DNA from: Tagaea sp.
GTDB lineage: Bacteria; Pseudomonadota; Alphaproteobacteria; CACIAM-22H2
Direction: 5' to 3'
NCBI GenBank assembly: GCA_965279525.1
Contig: CBDIIB010000003.1
Span: forward strand, 320,001 to 384,000
Length of the DNA: 64,000 nt
The position numbers and the translations under genes were made by a program. How positions within the stretch are numbered: the first letter of the stretch is position 1; every line of letters begins with the position of its first letter. Under the pieces are notes generated by a model. The model did not search any database, was not told the DNA's origin, and worked only from the letters and a program-made list of their open reading frames with translations. This document shows positions 31,885 to 42,303 of this stretch, piece by piece.

Positions 31885-32828
31885 ACCTCGGAACTGCCGT
31901 AATAGAGCGTCACCGCATGCTTCGCTTCGGCGAAGAACAGCCAGCGTTCGACCAGCGTACCCGCGATGCCGAAGATCGCCGCCATTGCCGCCGCGAACGC
32001 GGCTGCGGGTCCTGCGAGCAGCAAGGCCGCCGCCGTCAGCAGGAACGGCAGGTGAAAGCCCGAATGGCGCGCGATGGCGCGCAGCTTCACCGCGTGCTTG
32101 CGCGCGATGCTGAAGCCCATTTCCTTCTGCAGGTAGTTCTCTTCCGTATGTGGCGAGTCAAGGAACCGTACCTTGCCGATTGCACCCAGCCCGGTCGCGC
32201 TTTCCGGCGTCGAAGCCGACTTCGTCCGGTCGATGAAGCTCCAGTAGCAGTGCTTCAGGTAGGCGGCGGCAATCACGAAGACCAGTGCGGCAATTCCGAC
32301 GACCGGCTGCGGGCGTCCCCAAGCCTGCGCGATCGCATGCAGCAGCAGCCCGCCGGTCGCGAGCGACAGCGCCAGGTAGTTCGGGACGGTCCAGCGATTG
32401 TGCCACTGGTGGATCGGCTTCAGCGACCGGTAGATCATCGCGGTCGCGAACACGGTGATGGCGGCGCATAGCGCTGCAAGCAGGCCAACCAGCGCGTAGA
32501 TCCCGTCGCTGCGTCCGAAGAACGCCCATGCGATGCCGAAAACCGCCAGCGGCACGAACGTGACGATGGCGGCAACGCCTTCGCGGCTCAGCCACGAGCT
32601 GCGGAACTGGGAAAACGCACGCCACGCGCGTTCCGGATGGCCGAGATGGAAGGTCGAGGCGAGCAGACCCGTGACGACAAGCACCGTGGCGGGGCCAAGC
32701 GTCGCGACGGCGAACCAGCCGGACGCGGGCACGAAGCCCAGCGCGCTGGCGATGGCGACGAGGGCGACGAGGCCGTAGCCCGCACCGGATGACGTCGTAA
32801 AGAAGATGACCGAGAAGGCGGGATGCAT
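31881..32828 (-). CDS. soeC: Sulfite dehydrogenase membrane anchor (DmsC family)
   Basis: 'MHPAFSVIFFTTSSGAGYG', 'HLGHPERAWRAFSQFRSSWLSRE', 'ERWLFFAEAKH'. Confidence 0.85.
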   Translation of the reverse strand: MHPAFSVIFFTTSSGAGYGLVALVAIASALGFVPASGWFAVATLGPATVLVVTGLLASTFHLGHPERAWRAFSQFRSSWLSREGVAAIVTFVPLAVFGIAWAFFGRSDGIYALVGLLAALCAAITVFATAMIYRSLKPIHQWHNRWTVPNYLALSLATGGLLLHAIAQAWGRPQPVVGIAALVFVIAAAYLKHCYWSFIDRTKSASTPESATGLGAIGKVRFLDSPHTEENYLQKEMGFSIARKHAVKLRAIARHSGFHLPFLLTAAALLLAGPAAAFAAAMAAIFGIAGTLVERWLFFAEAKHAVTLYYGSSEV

Positions 32829-32838
32829 CGTCTGGCTT

Positions 32839-33591
32839 TCAGCGCGAGAGGACCTTGTCCATCCAGCGCAGCAGCGGATGGAGACCGGCGGTGTCGGCCG
32901 GCTTCTCGAGTTCGGCTTTCGCACCCGTGCAGCCGACGGACGTCTTCGCCGCACGCGGCGGCAAATAGCGGTTGACGGGTGCGTAGTCCATCTCCGGCAT
33001 CAGCGCATAGCCGCCGCGATCGGCGACGAGAAGCGAGACATCCGACTGCGGATCGCCGAGATCGCCGAAATGACGTGCGCTTGCAGGGCAGGTCGAGACG
33101 CACGCCGGGACGCGTTCGTCCTCGGCGAGGTTCTCGTTGTAGATGCGGTCGATGCACAACGTGCACTTCTTCATCACGCCTTCATCGGAGTCGAACTCGC
33201 GCGCCCCGTAGGGGCATGCCCACGAGCACAGCTTGCAGCCGATGCATGTGTCCGGATTGACGAGAACGATGCCGTCTTCGGCCCGCTTGAAACTGGCGCC
33301 CGTCGGGCAGACGGTGACGCAGGCCGGCGTCTCGCAGTGCAGGCATGATTTGGGGAAATGGACGGTGCGGCTCGCATCGCCTTCGCCCGCCTCGAAGGTG
33401 TGGATCCGGTTGAACCAGACACCAGACACGTTGGCACCATACGGATCGAAGTCCGGCAGCGGTGCCGAATGGCCGCCGGTGTTCCATTCCTTGCAGTTGA
33501 CCGCGCACGCGTGGCATCCGACGCAAGTATCGAGATCGATGACGAGGCCGAGCTTTTTTGCACCCGGTTGCGGAGAGGGCAGGCTGGTCAT
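32839..33591 (-). CDS. soeB: Sulfite dehydrogenase 4Fe-4S subunit
   Basis: Four Cys clusters: 'IDLDTCVGCHAC', 'SCLHCETPACVTVCP', 'CIGCKLCSWACP', 'KCTLC'. Confidence 0.87.
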   Translation of the reverse strand: MTSLPSPQPGAKKLGLVIDLDTCVGCHACAVNCKEWNTGGHSAPLPDFDPYGANVSGVWFNRIHTFEAGEGDASRTVHFPKSCLHCETPACVTVCPTGASFKRAEDGIVLVNPDTCIGCKLCSWACPYGAREFDSDEGVMKKCTLCIDRIYNENLAEDERVPACVSTCPASARHFGDLGDPQSDVSLLVADRGGYALMPEMDYAPVNRYLPPRAAKTSVGCTGAKAELEKPADTAGLHPLLRWMDKVLSR

Positions 33592-36434
33592 GGCTTTTTC
33601 CACTGCGCGCCGTATCGCAGGATCGCGGGCGGGGCCGCCATGCCCGGCGGACGATGGACGGCGGGCAACTGCGGCGAGGTTTCGCCTTGCTCGGCCTGAT
33701 CGGCCTTTTCGACGCGCACGCGCAGATCGTACCAGGCGGCCTGGCCCGTGACGGGATCGGAGTTGGAATAGCGGTAGCCGTTCTTGTCCGGCAACAGCTC
33801 CGAGATCAGGTGGTTGAGCAAGAAGCCCTTGGTCGCTTCGGGCGCGTCCACATCGAGGTTCCAGGCGCCGGCACGCTTGCCGATCGCGTTCCATGTCCAC
33901 ACGGTGTCGGGATTTACGCCCTCCATCGTGCGGATCTGCGCCTTGACCCGGCCATGATGTGATGTGATCCAGGCCCAGTCGTCGTCCGCAAGGCCGAGCT
34001 TCGCTGCCGTGCGCACGTTCATGTAGAGGCGGTTATGGCTGATGATCTGCCGCAGCCATGCGTTCTGCGAGCCCCACGAATGGTACATCGGCATCGGGCG
34101 CTGCGTCACCGCGTGCAGCGGGAACTCGCCCGTGTCGATCTGTGCGCCTTCGAAGGTCGGATACCAGATCGGCAACGGATCGAAATGCGCTTCGATGCGC
34201 GCGCGGTGCTCTGCCGGCGCCTGGATCGGGCCGATCCCGCGCGCCGCATTGCGGAACTTCTGCAAGGGTTCCGAATAGAGGTGCAGCACGATCTGCTCGG
34301 CCTTGTCGATCAGGCCGAGCTTCACCGCCGCCTCGAGATAACCCTTGTTCGCATGCTTGAAGTAAAGCTGGTCCGGCTCGAAATGGTGCCGCCAGAAGGC
34401 GCCGTTTTCGATATAGCGGTCGAGCTGGTTCGGGTTGGGTTCGCCGACGCCGGACTTCGTGCCGTCGATGCCGCGGAATCCGGCAAGTGGGCCCACGCCG
34501 GGCTTGCGCTCATGGTTGACGATATAGTCCGCGTAGCCGCCGGGGAACTTCGCGCCACCGTCGGCATTGGTGAAGCCCGGCAGCTTCAGGCGCACGGCGA
34601 GGTCGATCAGGACATCCTGGAACGGGCGCACGTCGCGGTCGGGTGCGACGACCGGCTGGCGGATCGCATCACCCGGTCCTTCGGCCGAGCAGATCGGCCG
34701 GTCGAGCAGCGAGATGCAGTCCCAGCGCTCCAGATACGTCGTGTCGGGCAGGATCAGGTCGGAATACGCGACCGTTTCGGAATAGAACGCGTCCGAATAG
34801 ATGATGTGCGGGATGCGGTAGTTGCCGTCCGCGTCCTTGTCGGTCAGCATGCGCGCGGTCTCGGCCGAGTTCATCGACGAGTTCCACGCCATGTTCGCCA
34901 TGTACATGAACAGCGTGTCGATCTTGTAGGGATCGCCCTTCCACGCGTTGGCGATCACCATGTGCATCAGGCCGTGCGCGGCGATCGGCGCTTCCCACGA
35001 ATAGGCCTTGTCGATGCGCATCGGATTGCCGGCATCGTCGAGCAGCAGGTCCTCCGGCCCGAGCGTGAAGCCGAGCGGCATGCCGCCCATCGGCTTGCCG
35101 GGATTGACCTGGGCAGGCTTGCCGGTCGGCTTCGGCCCGGGCGGGCACGGGCGCGGGAAGGGGGCCTTGTAGCGCCATGCCCCCGGCGTATCGATGGCGC
35201 CCAGCAGCATCTGCAGCAGATGGATTGCCCGGCACGTATGGAAGCCGTTGGAATGCGCCGAGATGCCGCGCATCGCGTGCATCGAGACCGGTCGGCCGAT
35301 CATCTTTTCGTGCCGGCGCCCGGCCCAGTCGGTCCAGGGCTGGTCGATGACGACCTGCTGCTCGAACGCGGCGTGCGCGATTTCGGCGGCGATACGCTTG
35401 ATGGTGGCGGCCGGGATGCCGCAGCGTTCGGCGACCGCTTCGGGCGCGTAATCGGGCGAGAGGTAACGCAGCGCCATCAGTTCGAAGACAGGCGTGGCCT
35501 TGCGCCCGTCGGCCAGCGTCACTTCGCCGACCAGCTTGGGCGAGACGTCGGCCGAGAGGGCGCTCGCTGCGGCGTCGGTCTTCGTGTCCCAGCACAGCGG
35601 ATTGCCGGCGCCGTCGCGCGCGAACAGGCCGTCGTCCTTCAGCACCAGCCACGGCGCGTTGGTGTAGCGCACGAGGAATTCGAGATCGATCTTGTCGGCC
35701 TTTAGCAGTTCGTGAATCAGCGCCATCACGAACAGGCCGTCGGTACCGGGGGCGATGCCCAGCCACTCGTCGGCGACGGCCTGGTATCCGGTCTTGACCG
35801 GGTTGACCGACACGTATTTCGCACCGCGCGCTTTCAACTTCGCGAGGCCGGCCTTTATCGGGTTGCTGTCATGATCTTCGGCGACGCCGAAAAGCATGAA
35901 ATAGCGCGCGTGCTCCCAATCGGGCTCGCCGAACTCCCAGAACGAGCCCCCGATCGTGTAGAGGCCGGCAGCCGCCATGTTGACCGAGCAGAAGCCGCCA
36001 TGCGCCGCGAAATTCGGCGTGCCGAACTGGTTGGCCCACCAGCCGGTAAGCGACTGGCTCTGGTCGCGACCGGTGAAGAAAGCGAGCTTCTTGGGATCGT
36101 CGACGCGGATATCGCCCAGCCACTTGGCAGCGAGCCCCAGCGCCTCGTCCCACTCGATTTCCTTGAAGTCGCCCGCACCGCGCTCGCCGATGCGCAACAG
36201 CGGCTTGGACAGCCGGGCGGGGCTGTAGTGATTCATGATCCCGGCCGAACCCTTGGCGCACAGCACGCCGCGGTTCACCGGATGATCCTTGTTGCCCTCG
36301 ATATAGCGGATGCGCCCGTCGCGAAGATGGACCCGGATGCCGCAGCGGCAGGCGCACATGTAGCAGGTCGTGCACTTGACCTCGTCCGAGACCTTTGGCG
36401 ACGTGTCGACCGTCCCGCCCGTACTCCCGTCCAT
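33588..36434 (-). CDS. soeA: Cytoplasm-facing molybdopterin sulfite dehydrogenase catalytic subunit
   Basis: 'TSPKVSDEVKCTTCYMCACRCGI', 'AAHGGFCS', 'YHSWGSQN'; no Tat signal; A-B-C operon order. Confidence 0.87.
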   Translation of the reverse strand: MDGSTGGTVDTSPKVSDEVKCTTCYMCACRCGIRVHLRDGRIRYIEGNKDHPVNRGVLCAKGSAGIMNHYSPARLSKPLLRIGERGAGDFKEIEWDEALGLAAKWLGDIRVDDPKKLAFFTGRDQSQSLTGWWANQFGTPNFAAHGGFCSVNMAAAGLYTIGGSFWEFGEPDWEHARYFMLFGVAEDHDSNPIKAGLAKLKARGAKYVSVNPVKTGYQAVADEWLGIAPGTDGLFVMALIHELLKADKIDLEFLVRYTNAPWLVLKDDGLFARDGAGNPLCWDTKTDAAASALSADVSPKLVGEVTLADGRKATPVFELMALRYLSPDYAPEAVAERCGIPAATIKRIAAEIAHAAFEQQVVIDQPWTDWAGRRHEKMIGRPVSMHAMRGISAHSNGFHTCRAIHLLQMLLGAIDTPGAWRYKAPFPRPCPPGPKPTGKPAQVNPGKPMGGMPLGFTLGPEDLLLDDAGNPMRIDKAYSWEAPIAAHGLMHMVIANAWKGDPYKIDTLFMYMANMAWNSSMNSAETARMLTDKDADGNYRIPHIIYSDAFYSETVAYSDLILPDTTYLERWDCISLLDRPICSAEGPGDAIRQPVVAPDRDVRPFQDVLIDLAVRLKLPGFTNADGGAKFPGGYADYIVNHERKPGVGPLAGFRGIDGTKSGVGEPNPNQLDRYIENGAFWRHHFEPDQLYFKHANKGYLEAAVKLGLIDKAEQIVLHLYSEPLQKFRNAARGIGPIQAPAEHRARIEAHFDPLPIWYPTFEGAQIDTGEFPLHAVTQRPMPMYHSWGSQNAWLRQIISHNRLYMNVRTAAKLGLADDDWAWITSHHGRVKAQIRTMEGVNPDTVWTWNAIGKRAGAWNLDVDAPEATKGFLLNHLISELLPDKNGYRYSNSDPVTGQAAWYDLRVRVEKADQAEQGETSPQLPAVHRPPGMAAPPAILRYGAQWKKP

Positions 36435-36603
36435 CGGCATTTCGCGGCAATTCCCTCGGAAATCGGGTGTATTGACCTTCAGGCGGCACCCTAAGCCTTT
36501 GTAGGTGCACGTCCGGCGATAGTCAAACCGGTCAGAGGGTTGCGTCCTGCGGTCGCCGGGTGCATCCTGCCTACGACGCTGCAAGGAGTGTGCGTGTAGG
36601 CGA

Positions 36604-37722
36604 ATGGCCGATCTGTCGAAAGAGGATATCGAGCGTCTGGCCGCCGACCATTCCGCGGTCGCACGGGTCGCGACGGCCGGAAAGGTCGCGCAGACTTGGA
36701 AGGCCGGCACGCTGACCGATTCGGCCCGCATCGAGGCCGAGAAGCTTCTGCGGCTCCTTGCCGAGGATGCGATCGCGACCGTGCGTCGGGCGCTGACCGA
36801 CCACCTCAAGGACGCAAGCCAGCTCCCGCAGGGGCTTGCGATGATTCTCGCCAAGGACATCGATGCGGTCGCGCTGCCGCTGCTGATCGAAAGCCGGGCC
36901 TTCACGGACGAAGACCTGATCGAGATCGTGGCTTCCCAAGGTCGCGAGAAGCAGGTTGCGGTCGCCCGCAGGGCCGAGGTTTCGGACGCGGTTGCGATCA
37001 AGCTTGTGGATCATGGCGACGATCGCGTCGCCGCGGCACTCGCGGCCAACGAAGGTGCGCGCATGTCCGACTCGACGGTCGAACGCCTCGTCGACCGTCA
37101 CGGCAAGTCGGGTGTGGTCCAGGAGAAACTCGTGGCGCGCAAGCACGTGCCGTTGCGCGTGCTCGAGAAGCTCTACAACCTTGCTTCCGAGAGCATCCGC
37201 GACCAGTTGCTCGAACGTCCGGACATGACGAACGAGATGGCGACCGAGCTTGCCATGCACGCGCGCGAGATCGCGACGGTCGGTTCGTCGCTGACATCGC
37301 AGGAAGAAGACGTGGCCCGTCTCGCCGGCCATCTGCACACGACCGGCCGGCTGGATCCGGGGCTCGTGATCCGTGCGCTTTGCATGGGCGACCTTTTCCT
37401 GTTCGAGCATGGTCTGGCGAAGCGCGCGAATGTGCCGGTCGAGCGCGCGCGCCAGCTGATTTACGATCCGGTGGGCGGGCTCAAGTACGTCTACGAGCGC
37501 GCCTATATGCCGCTCGACCTCTATCCGGCCGTACGTGCGGCCCTCGAAGTGGCGCAGGAAACCAGCTACGATGGCGGCCCTTCCGACCGTGAGCGTTACC
37601 GTCGCCGGATGATCGAGCGCGTGCTGACCAAGGTCGAAGACGCCGATCCCGGCACGGCCGACTATCTGTTGGCGCGGCTTTCGACCTTGACCCGGTCTCT
37701 GGCGCCCCAGCCGGTCGCCTGA
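36604..37722 (+). CDS. DUF2336-family protein
   Basis: 'LAKDIDAVALPLL', 'DEDLIEIV', 'AVARR', 'RALCMGDL'. Confidence 0.85.
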   Translation: MADLSKEDIERLAADHSAVARVATAGKVAQTWKAGTLTDSARIEAEKLLRLLAEDAIATVRRALTDHLKDASQLPQGLAMILAKDIDAVALPLLIESRAFTDEDLIEIVASQGREKQVAVARRAEVSDAVAIKLVDHGDDRVAAALAANEGARMSDSTVERLVDRHGKSGVVQEKLVARKHVPLRVLEKLYNLASESIRDQLLERPDMTNEMATELAMHAREIATVGSSLTSQEEDVARLAGHLHTTGRLDPGLVIRALCMGDLFLFEHGLAKRANVPVERARQLIYDPVGGLKYVYERAYMPLDLYPAVRAALEVAQETSYDGGPSDRERYRRRMIERVLTKVEDADPGTADYLLARLSTLTRSLAPQPVA

Positions 37723-37735
37723 TCGACGAAGCACA

Positions 37736-38383
37736 GTGCCGCCGCAGCTACCCGCATCGACCGAAGCACGGGCAAAGCGCGCCATCGCCCGTTCGTTGTC
37801 CGCCCTCGCGGCCAAGGACGAAGCCGTGGCCGAGTGGGTGTCGAAGATCGGGCTGCCGGCACCACGTATCCGGACGCGCGGATTCGAGGGGTTCATGCGC
37901 GCGATCGTGGCCCAGCAGGTCTCGGTGGCGGCGGCGAACGGGATCTGGCGCAAGCTGGAAGAAGGGCTGGGCGGAATCGAGCCGGACGCCATTCTCGCCT
38001 GCGACGACGGCCGGCTTCGAGGCCTTGGACTGTCGCGGCAGAAGACGTCCTATGTGCGCGGCCTCGCCGAGGCGGTCGTCACCGGTTCCCTCGACTTCGA
38101 CGCGCTCCACAAGATGCCGGACGAGGAGGCCATCGAGGAGATCACGCGCCTCAAGGGGCTCGGGCGGTGGAGTGCGGAGATCTATCTGCTGTTCGCCATG
38201 CAGCGGCCCGACGTGTGGCCGGCAAACGACCTGGCGCTTCAGGAGGCGATGCGCGTCCTGAAGAACCTGCGCTCGCGTCCCGACGAGAAGCGCCTGCGCA
38301 AGCTCGGCGAGACCTGGCGGCCGCACCGGTCGGCCGGCGCGCTCTTCCTGTGGCACGTCTATCACCATGTGAAGGGACGATGA
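37736..38383 (+). CDS. DNA-3-methyladenine glycosylase II (AlkA family, HhH-GPD)
   Basis: 'IVAQQVS', 'LKGLGRWSAEIYLLF', 'WPANDLAL', 'WRPHRS'. Confidence 0.9.
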   Translation: MPPQLPASTEARAKRAIARSLSALAAKDEAVAEWVSKIGLPAPRIRTRGFEGFMRAIVAQQVSVAAANGIWRKLEEGLGGIEPDAILACDDGRLRGLGLSRQKTSYVRGLAEAVVTGSLDFDALHKMPDEEAIEEITRLKGLGRWSAEIYLLFAMQRPDVWPANDLALQEAMRVLKNLRSRPDEKRLRKLGETWRPHRSAGALFLWHVYHHVKGR

Positions 38384-38772
38384 GGGCGACGGCCCTGGCA
38401 TTGGCGCTGCTGGCCGTGCCCGCGTCGGCCCAGACGCCCGAACAGCGCCCTCAAGTCGACCTGCGGGCGGAATTCGAGCGTCTTGTCTCGCAGGCCGAGC
38501 AGTTGCTCGACCGCGTCCTCGAACCGGAAATGCGTGACCAGCTGCGTGCGCGTCTGGCTCCGCTCGTCAGCAGGCTCGAGGCGGGGACCGACGACGATCG
38601 CGCGAGCGAGAATTCCAGGCTGGAACGCCGTCTGGCCCGCCTGCGTGAAAACCGGCGCGGAACGTTCGACAACATCCCGCCCGCGCTCTTCGAGGCCTAC
38701 CAGCGCGTGCTTGACGACGAGGAGCGGCGCCTGGTCGAGGAGCTTCGCGCGCGGGGCCGCCGGGTCGATTAG
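38380..38772 (+). CDS. Hypothetical exported protein
   Basis: Signal peptide 'MRATALALALLAVPASA'; ATGA overlap with the upstream stop. Confidence 0.65.
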   Translation: MRATALALALLAVPASAQTPEQRPQVDLRAEFERLVSQAEQLLDRVLEPEMRDQLRARLAPLVSRLEAGTDDDRASENSRLERRLARLRENRRGTFDNIPPALFEAYQRVLDDEERRLVEELRARGRRVD

Positions 38773-39290
38773 ACCCGGTTGTACGGAAGGTGGGCGAGTA
38801 CGGCCGCCATTCCGCAGAATCCGGTGGCGCCGGCGAAGACAAGGCCGGCGCCGACGGCAGCCGACATCGCGTAGAATCCCGGATGGACGAAGGTGCCGAG
38901 CGCCGCTCCGGCCAACACGAGGCTGCCGGCGACGATTTGGACCTGGCGCATGATCGGTATCGGTGCGTTTCGGTTCTCAACGACCGGCAACCCGGCCTGT
39001 ATCCAGCTCGGCAGGCCGCCGGCCAGATGTGCCACGTCGAGCCCGGCGGCAGCCAGTCTGGCCGCCCCGCGCGCCGAGCGGCTTCCGGACGCGCAATGCA
39101 GGACGATACGGCGCACCGGCGCGTCTGCGAGCTTCGCCGGATCCAGGCTTGCGAGCGGAACCAGCCGCGCACCCGCGATGTGTTCGCGGGCATGCTCGCC
39201 CGGCTCGCGGACATCGACGAGCACGCACTCGCCGCGGTCGAGTTGGCCCTTCAGGGTCAACGCGTCGATTTCCTTGATTGCGATCGTCAT
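38769..39290 (-). CDS. Rhodanese-domain protein with DUF2892 (YgaP-like)
   Basis: 'LVDVREPGE', active-site loop 'HCASGSRS', 'RQVQIVAG...GFCGM'. Confidence 0.9.
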   Translation of the reverse strand: MTIAIKEIDALTLKGQLDRGECVLVDVREPGEHAREHIAGARLVPLASLDPAKLADAPVRRIVLHCASGSRSARGAARLAAAGLDVAHLAGGLPSWIQAGLPVVENRNAPIPIMRQVQIVAGSLVLAGAALGTFVHPGFYAMSAAVGAGLVFAGATGFCGMAAVLAHLPYNRV

Positions 39291-39368
39291 GCTTGCCACC
39301 ATGGTTGTGCCGCTCGTGCAGCAATGGATATATATTAGTGGAAACTGAAATATTCAAGGATCGAGCGG

Positions 39369-40247
39369 ATGGGCGAGCAGGAGCCTGAGGTTACGGGGTT
39401 TTTCGATCCGGCGACGAGTACCGTCAGCTATCTCGTCGCCGATCCGGCTGGCGACCGTGCGATGGTGGTCGATCCCGTTCTCGACTTTGACTGGAAGGCC
39501 GGGCGCGTTTCAACGCGATCGGTGGAAGCGATCGCCCGGGCGGCGGCCGGCAAACGGGTCGATTGGATCGTCGAGACGCATCCGCACGCCGACCATCTTT
39601 CCGGCGCCCAGTGGCTGCGCGAGCGCCTGGGCGCCAAAGTCGCCATCGGTGCCGGCATCGTGGATGTCCAGAAGGCGTGGGCGCCGATCTTCGGCGTCGA
39701 GACCGGGTTCGCGCGCGATGGTTCGCAGTTCGACCGGTTGCTGCACGATGGCGATGTCTTCGATGTCGGGAGCCTTCGCGTGAGCGTGCTCAATACGCCC
39801 GGCCATACGCCCGCCTGCACCACCTTGATCGTCGAGGGCAGGGGCGGTCGCAAGCACGCATTCGTGGGCGACACGCTGTTCATGCCGGACTACGGCACCG
39901 CGCGAACGGATTTCCCCGGGGGTTCGGCACGCACGCTCTACCGGTCGATCCGGAAGATCCTGGCGCTGCCGGCCGATACGCGGCTCTTCACCGCGCACGA
40001 CTACCAGCCCGGTGGGCGTGAGGTGGCTTACGAAACGAGCGTCGGCGACCAGCGCACGGGCAACGTCCATGTGCGGGACGGCATCGGCGAGGATGATTTC
40101 GTCGCCCTGCGTGAGGCGCGCGATCGCAAGCTGGAGGCGCCGAACCTGCTTCTGCCTTCGATCCAGGTGAACATCCGCGCCGGCCATCTTCCGCCGGAGG
40201 CTGAAAACGGCACGCGATATCTGAAAATCCCGCTGGATCGGATCTGA
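39369..40247 (+). CDS. Persulfide dioxygenase-like MBL-fold hydrolase (Blh/PDO)
   Basis: 'ETHPHADHLS', 'TPGHTPAC', 'GDTLFMPDYGTARTDFPGG', 'HDY', 'NIRAG', 'YLKIP'. Confidence 0.9.
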   Translation: MGEQEPEVTGFFDPATSTVSYLVADPAGDRAMVVDPVLDFDWKAGRVSTRSVEAIARAAAGKRVDWIVETHPHADHLSGAQWLRERLGAKVAIGAGIVDVQKAWAPIFGVETGFARDGSQFDRLLHDGDVFDVGSLRVSVLNTPGHTPACTTLIVEGRGGRKHAFVGDTLFMPDYGTARTDFPGGSARTLYRSIRKILALPADTRLFTAHDYQPGGREVAYETSVGDQRTGNVHVRDGIGEDDFVALREARDRKLEAPNLLLPSIQVNIRAGHLPPEAENGTRYLKIPLDRI

Positions 40248-40951
40248 TGACGTCGCAAAAGGGTCCCCAGGCGCTGGCCGCCGAGGCGCGTCGCAAGGAA
40301 AGCGAAGCAATTGCCCTGCGCGAGAACCTCAAACGGCGCAAGGCGCAGGCGCGCGGCCGGCAGGCGATGGAGGACGAGGCGGCGATCCAGTCCGTGCTGG
40401 ATTTCTGGTTCGCCCCGGAGGGCGATGCCGAGCACGGTACTTTCCGCAGCACCTGGTTCGAAAAGCAGCCGGCGTTCGACGGCACCTGCCGGACGCATTT
40501 CACGGCATTGCTGCACGAGGCGCGCCGGGGATCGCTCGACCGATGGGCGGAGACGGCCGAGGGCGCGCTTGCACTGGTCGTCCTGCTCGACCAGCTTTCG
40601 CGGAACATCCACCGTGGCACGCCGGAAGCTTTTGCGGCCGATCCGCAGGCACTGGCCATCGCCCGGCGCATGCTTGCCCGGGGCTTTGACCGGGTTCTCG
40701 AGCCGGTGATGCGGATCTTCGTCTATCTGCCGTTCGAGCACGCCGAGGATCCGGTCCTTCAGGACGAGGCGGTCCGCCTGATGGAAACGCTGCCCGAGGC
40801 GCCCTGGCGGCCCGAGGTGGTCCGTTTCGCGCATGCCCATCGCGACGTGATCGCCCGATATGGGCGATTTCCGCACCGCAACGCCATCCTCGACCGCGCC
40901 AGCACGCCCGCGGAGACCGAATATCTTTCCCAGCCCGGCGCAGGCTTCTAG
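40247..40951 (+). CDS. DUF924-family protein with a basic N-terminal extension
   Basis: 'VLDFWF', 'LLDQLSRNIHRG', 'YLPFEHAE', 'GRFPHRN'; alternative start at 40367. Confidence 0.85.
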   Translation: MTSQKGPQALAAEARRKESEAIALRENLKRRKAQARGRQAMEDEAAIQSVLDFWFAPEGDAEHGTFRSTWFEKQPAFDGTCRTHFTALLHEARRGSLDRWAETAEGALALVVLLDQLSRNIHRGTPEAFAADPQALAIARRMLARGFDRVLEPVMRIFVYLPFEHAEDPVLQDEAVRLMETLPEAPWRPEVVRFAHAHRDVIARYGRFPHRNAILDRASTPAETEYLSQPGAGF

Positions 40952-41010
40952 CCGCGATCCTGCCGCCATCGCGTCTGGATTTTGCCATCCGGGCGGAGTA
41001 ATGGAGGGCG

Positions 41011-42303
41011 ATGGACAAAATCCGAATCCGCGGCGGCCGACCGCTCCAGGGCATCATCCCGGTCGGCGGCGCCAAGAACGCCGCCTTGCCGCTGATGGCG
41101 GCAAGCCTGCTCACCGACCAGACGCTCACGCTGGTCAACATCCCGCATCTGGCAGACATCACGACCCTGGCCAATCTGCTGGGCACGCTGGGGGTCGAGA
41201 TCGCGCTTGACGGGCATGCGCCCAATGGTGGCCACGCAGGGCGAGCACTCGCGCTTACGGCCCGCAAGCTCACCAGCACGACCGCCGAATACGAACTGGT
41301 GCGCAAGATGCGCGCCTCCGTGCTCGTGCTGGGACCTGTGCTGGCGCGCGAAGGTCGCGCACGGGTTTCGCTGCCGGGTGGCTGCGCCATCGGCGCCCGC
41401 CCGGTCGACCTGCATCTGAAGGGGCTCGAGCAGCTCGGCGCCACGATCGATCTGGCCGAGGGCTATGTCGACGCGCGCGCACCAAACGGACTCAACGGGG
41501 CACGGATCGTCTTCCCGTTCGTCTCTGTGGGTGCGACCGAGAACCTCATGATGGCAGCCACGCTGGCCCGCGGCCAGACGATGCTCGTCAATGCCGCGCG
41601 TGAACCCGAAGTCGGCGACCTTGCGCGCTGCCTCGTGGCGATGGGGGCTTCGATTTCCGGAATCGATTCCGACACGCTGACTATCGACGGCGGAAAGCCT
41701 CTGCATGGCGCGCGCCATACGATCCTGCCGGACCGGATCGAGATGGGCACCTACGCGATGGCAGCTGCCGCGACCGGCGGCGATGTCGAACTGGTGGGCG
41801 GACGGATCGAGCTGATCCAGGCCGCGGCCGACATCCTGCGCGGTGCGGGCGTTTCCTTCACGCAGACCGAAAGGGGTGTGCGCGTGAGCCGCGCGAATTC
41901 CGCCCTGACGGGCGTGGACGTCATGACCGAGCCCTATCCCGGCTTCCCGACCGACCTGCAGGCGCAGATGATGGCATTGCTGGTGCAGGCCGAGGGTGCC
42001 TCGATGATCACGGAGACGATCTTCGAGAACAGGTTCATGCACGTGCCGGAACTTCGCCGCATGGGCGCCAACATCAACCTGCACGGCGGCTCGGCGATGG
42101 TGCGCGGCGTGGCGCAGCTCACCGGCGCACCCGTCATGGCGACCGATCTTCGCGCGTCCGTGTCGCTCGTCATCGCCGGTCTTGCGGCGAAGGGCGAGAC
42201 GACGGTCGCGCGCGTCTACCATCTCGACCGCGGCTACGAGCGGCTCGAAGAAAAGCTGTCGGCCTGCGGCGCCGATATCGAGCGATTGAAGGACGCCGCA
42301 TGA
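41011..42303 (+). CDS. murA: UDP-N-acetylglucosamine 1-carboxyvinyltransferase
   Basis: 'GAKNAALP', '[13 protein letters not shown]', '[10 protein letters not shown]', 'DLRA'. Confidence 0.98.
   Translation: MDKIRIRGGRPLQGIIPVGGAKNAALPLMAASLLTDQTLTLVNIPHLADITTLANLLGTLGVEIALDGHAPNGGHAGRALALTARKLTSTTAEYELVRKMRASVLVLGPVLAREGRARVSLPGGCAIGARPVDLHLKGLEQLGATIDLAEGYVDARAPNGLNGARIVFPFVSVGATENLMMAATLARGQTMLVNAAREPEVGDLARCLVAMGASISGIDSDTLTIDGGKPLHGARHTILPDRIEMGTYAMAAAATGGDVELVGGRIELIQAAADILRGAGVSFTQTERGVRVSRANSALTGVDVMTEPYPGFPTDLQAQMMALLVQAEGASMITETIFENRFMHVPELRRMGANINLHGGSAMVRGVAQLTGAPVMATDLRASVSLVIAGLAAKGETTVARVYHLDRGYERLEEKLSACGADIERLKDAA

Noticed and set aside
36441-37001. Long N-terminal extension of the SoeA ORF (1137 aa in the track)
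   Set aside because: Overlaps the DUF2336 gene antisense; SoeA similarity begins near 36434.
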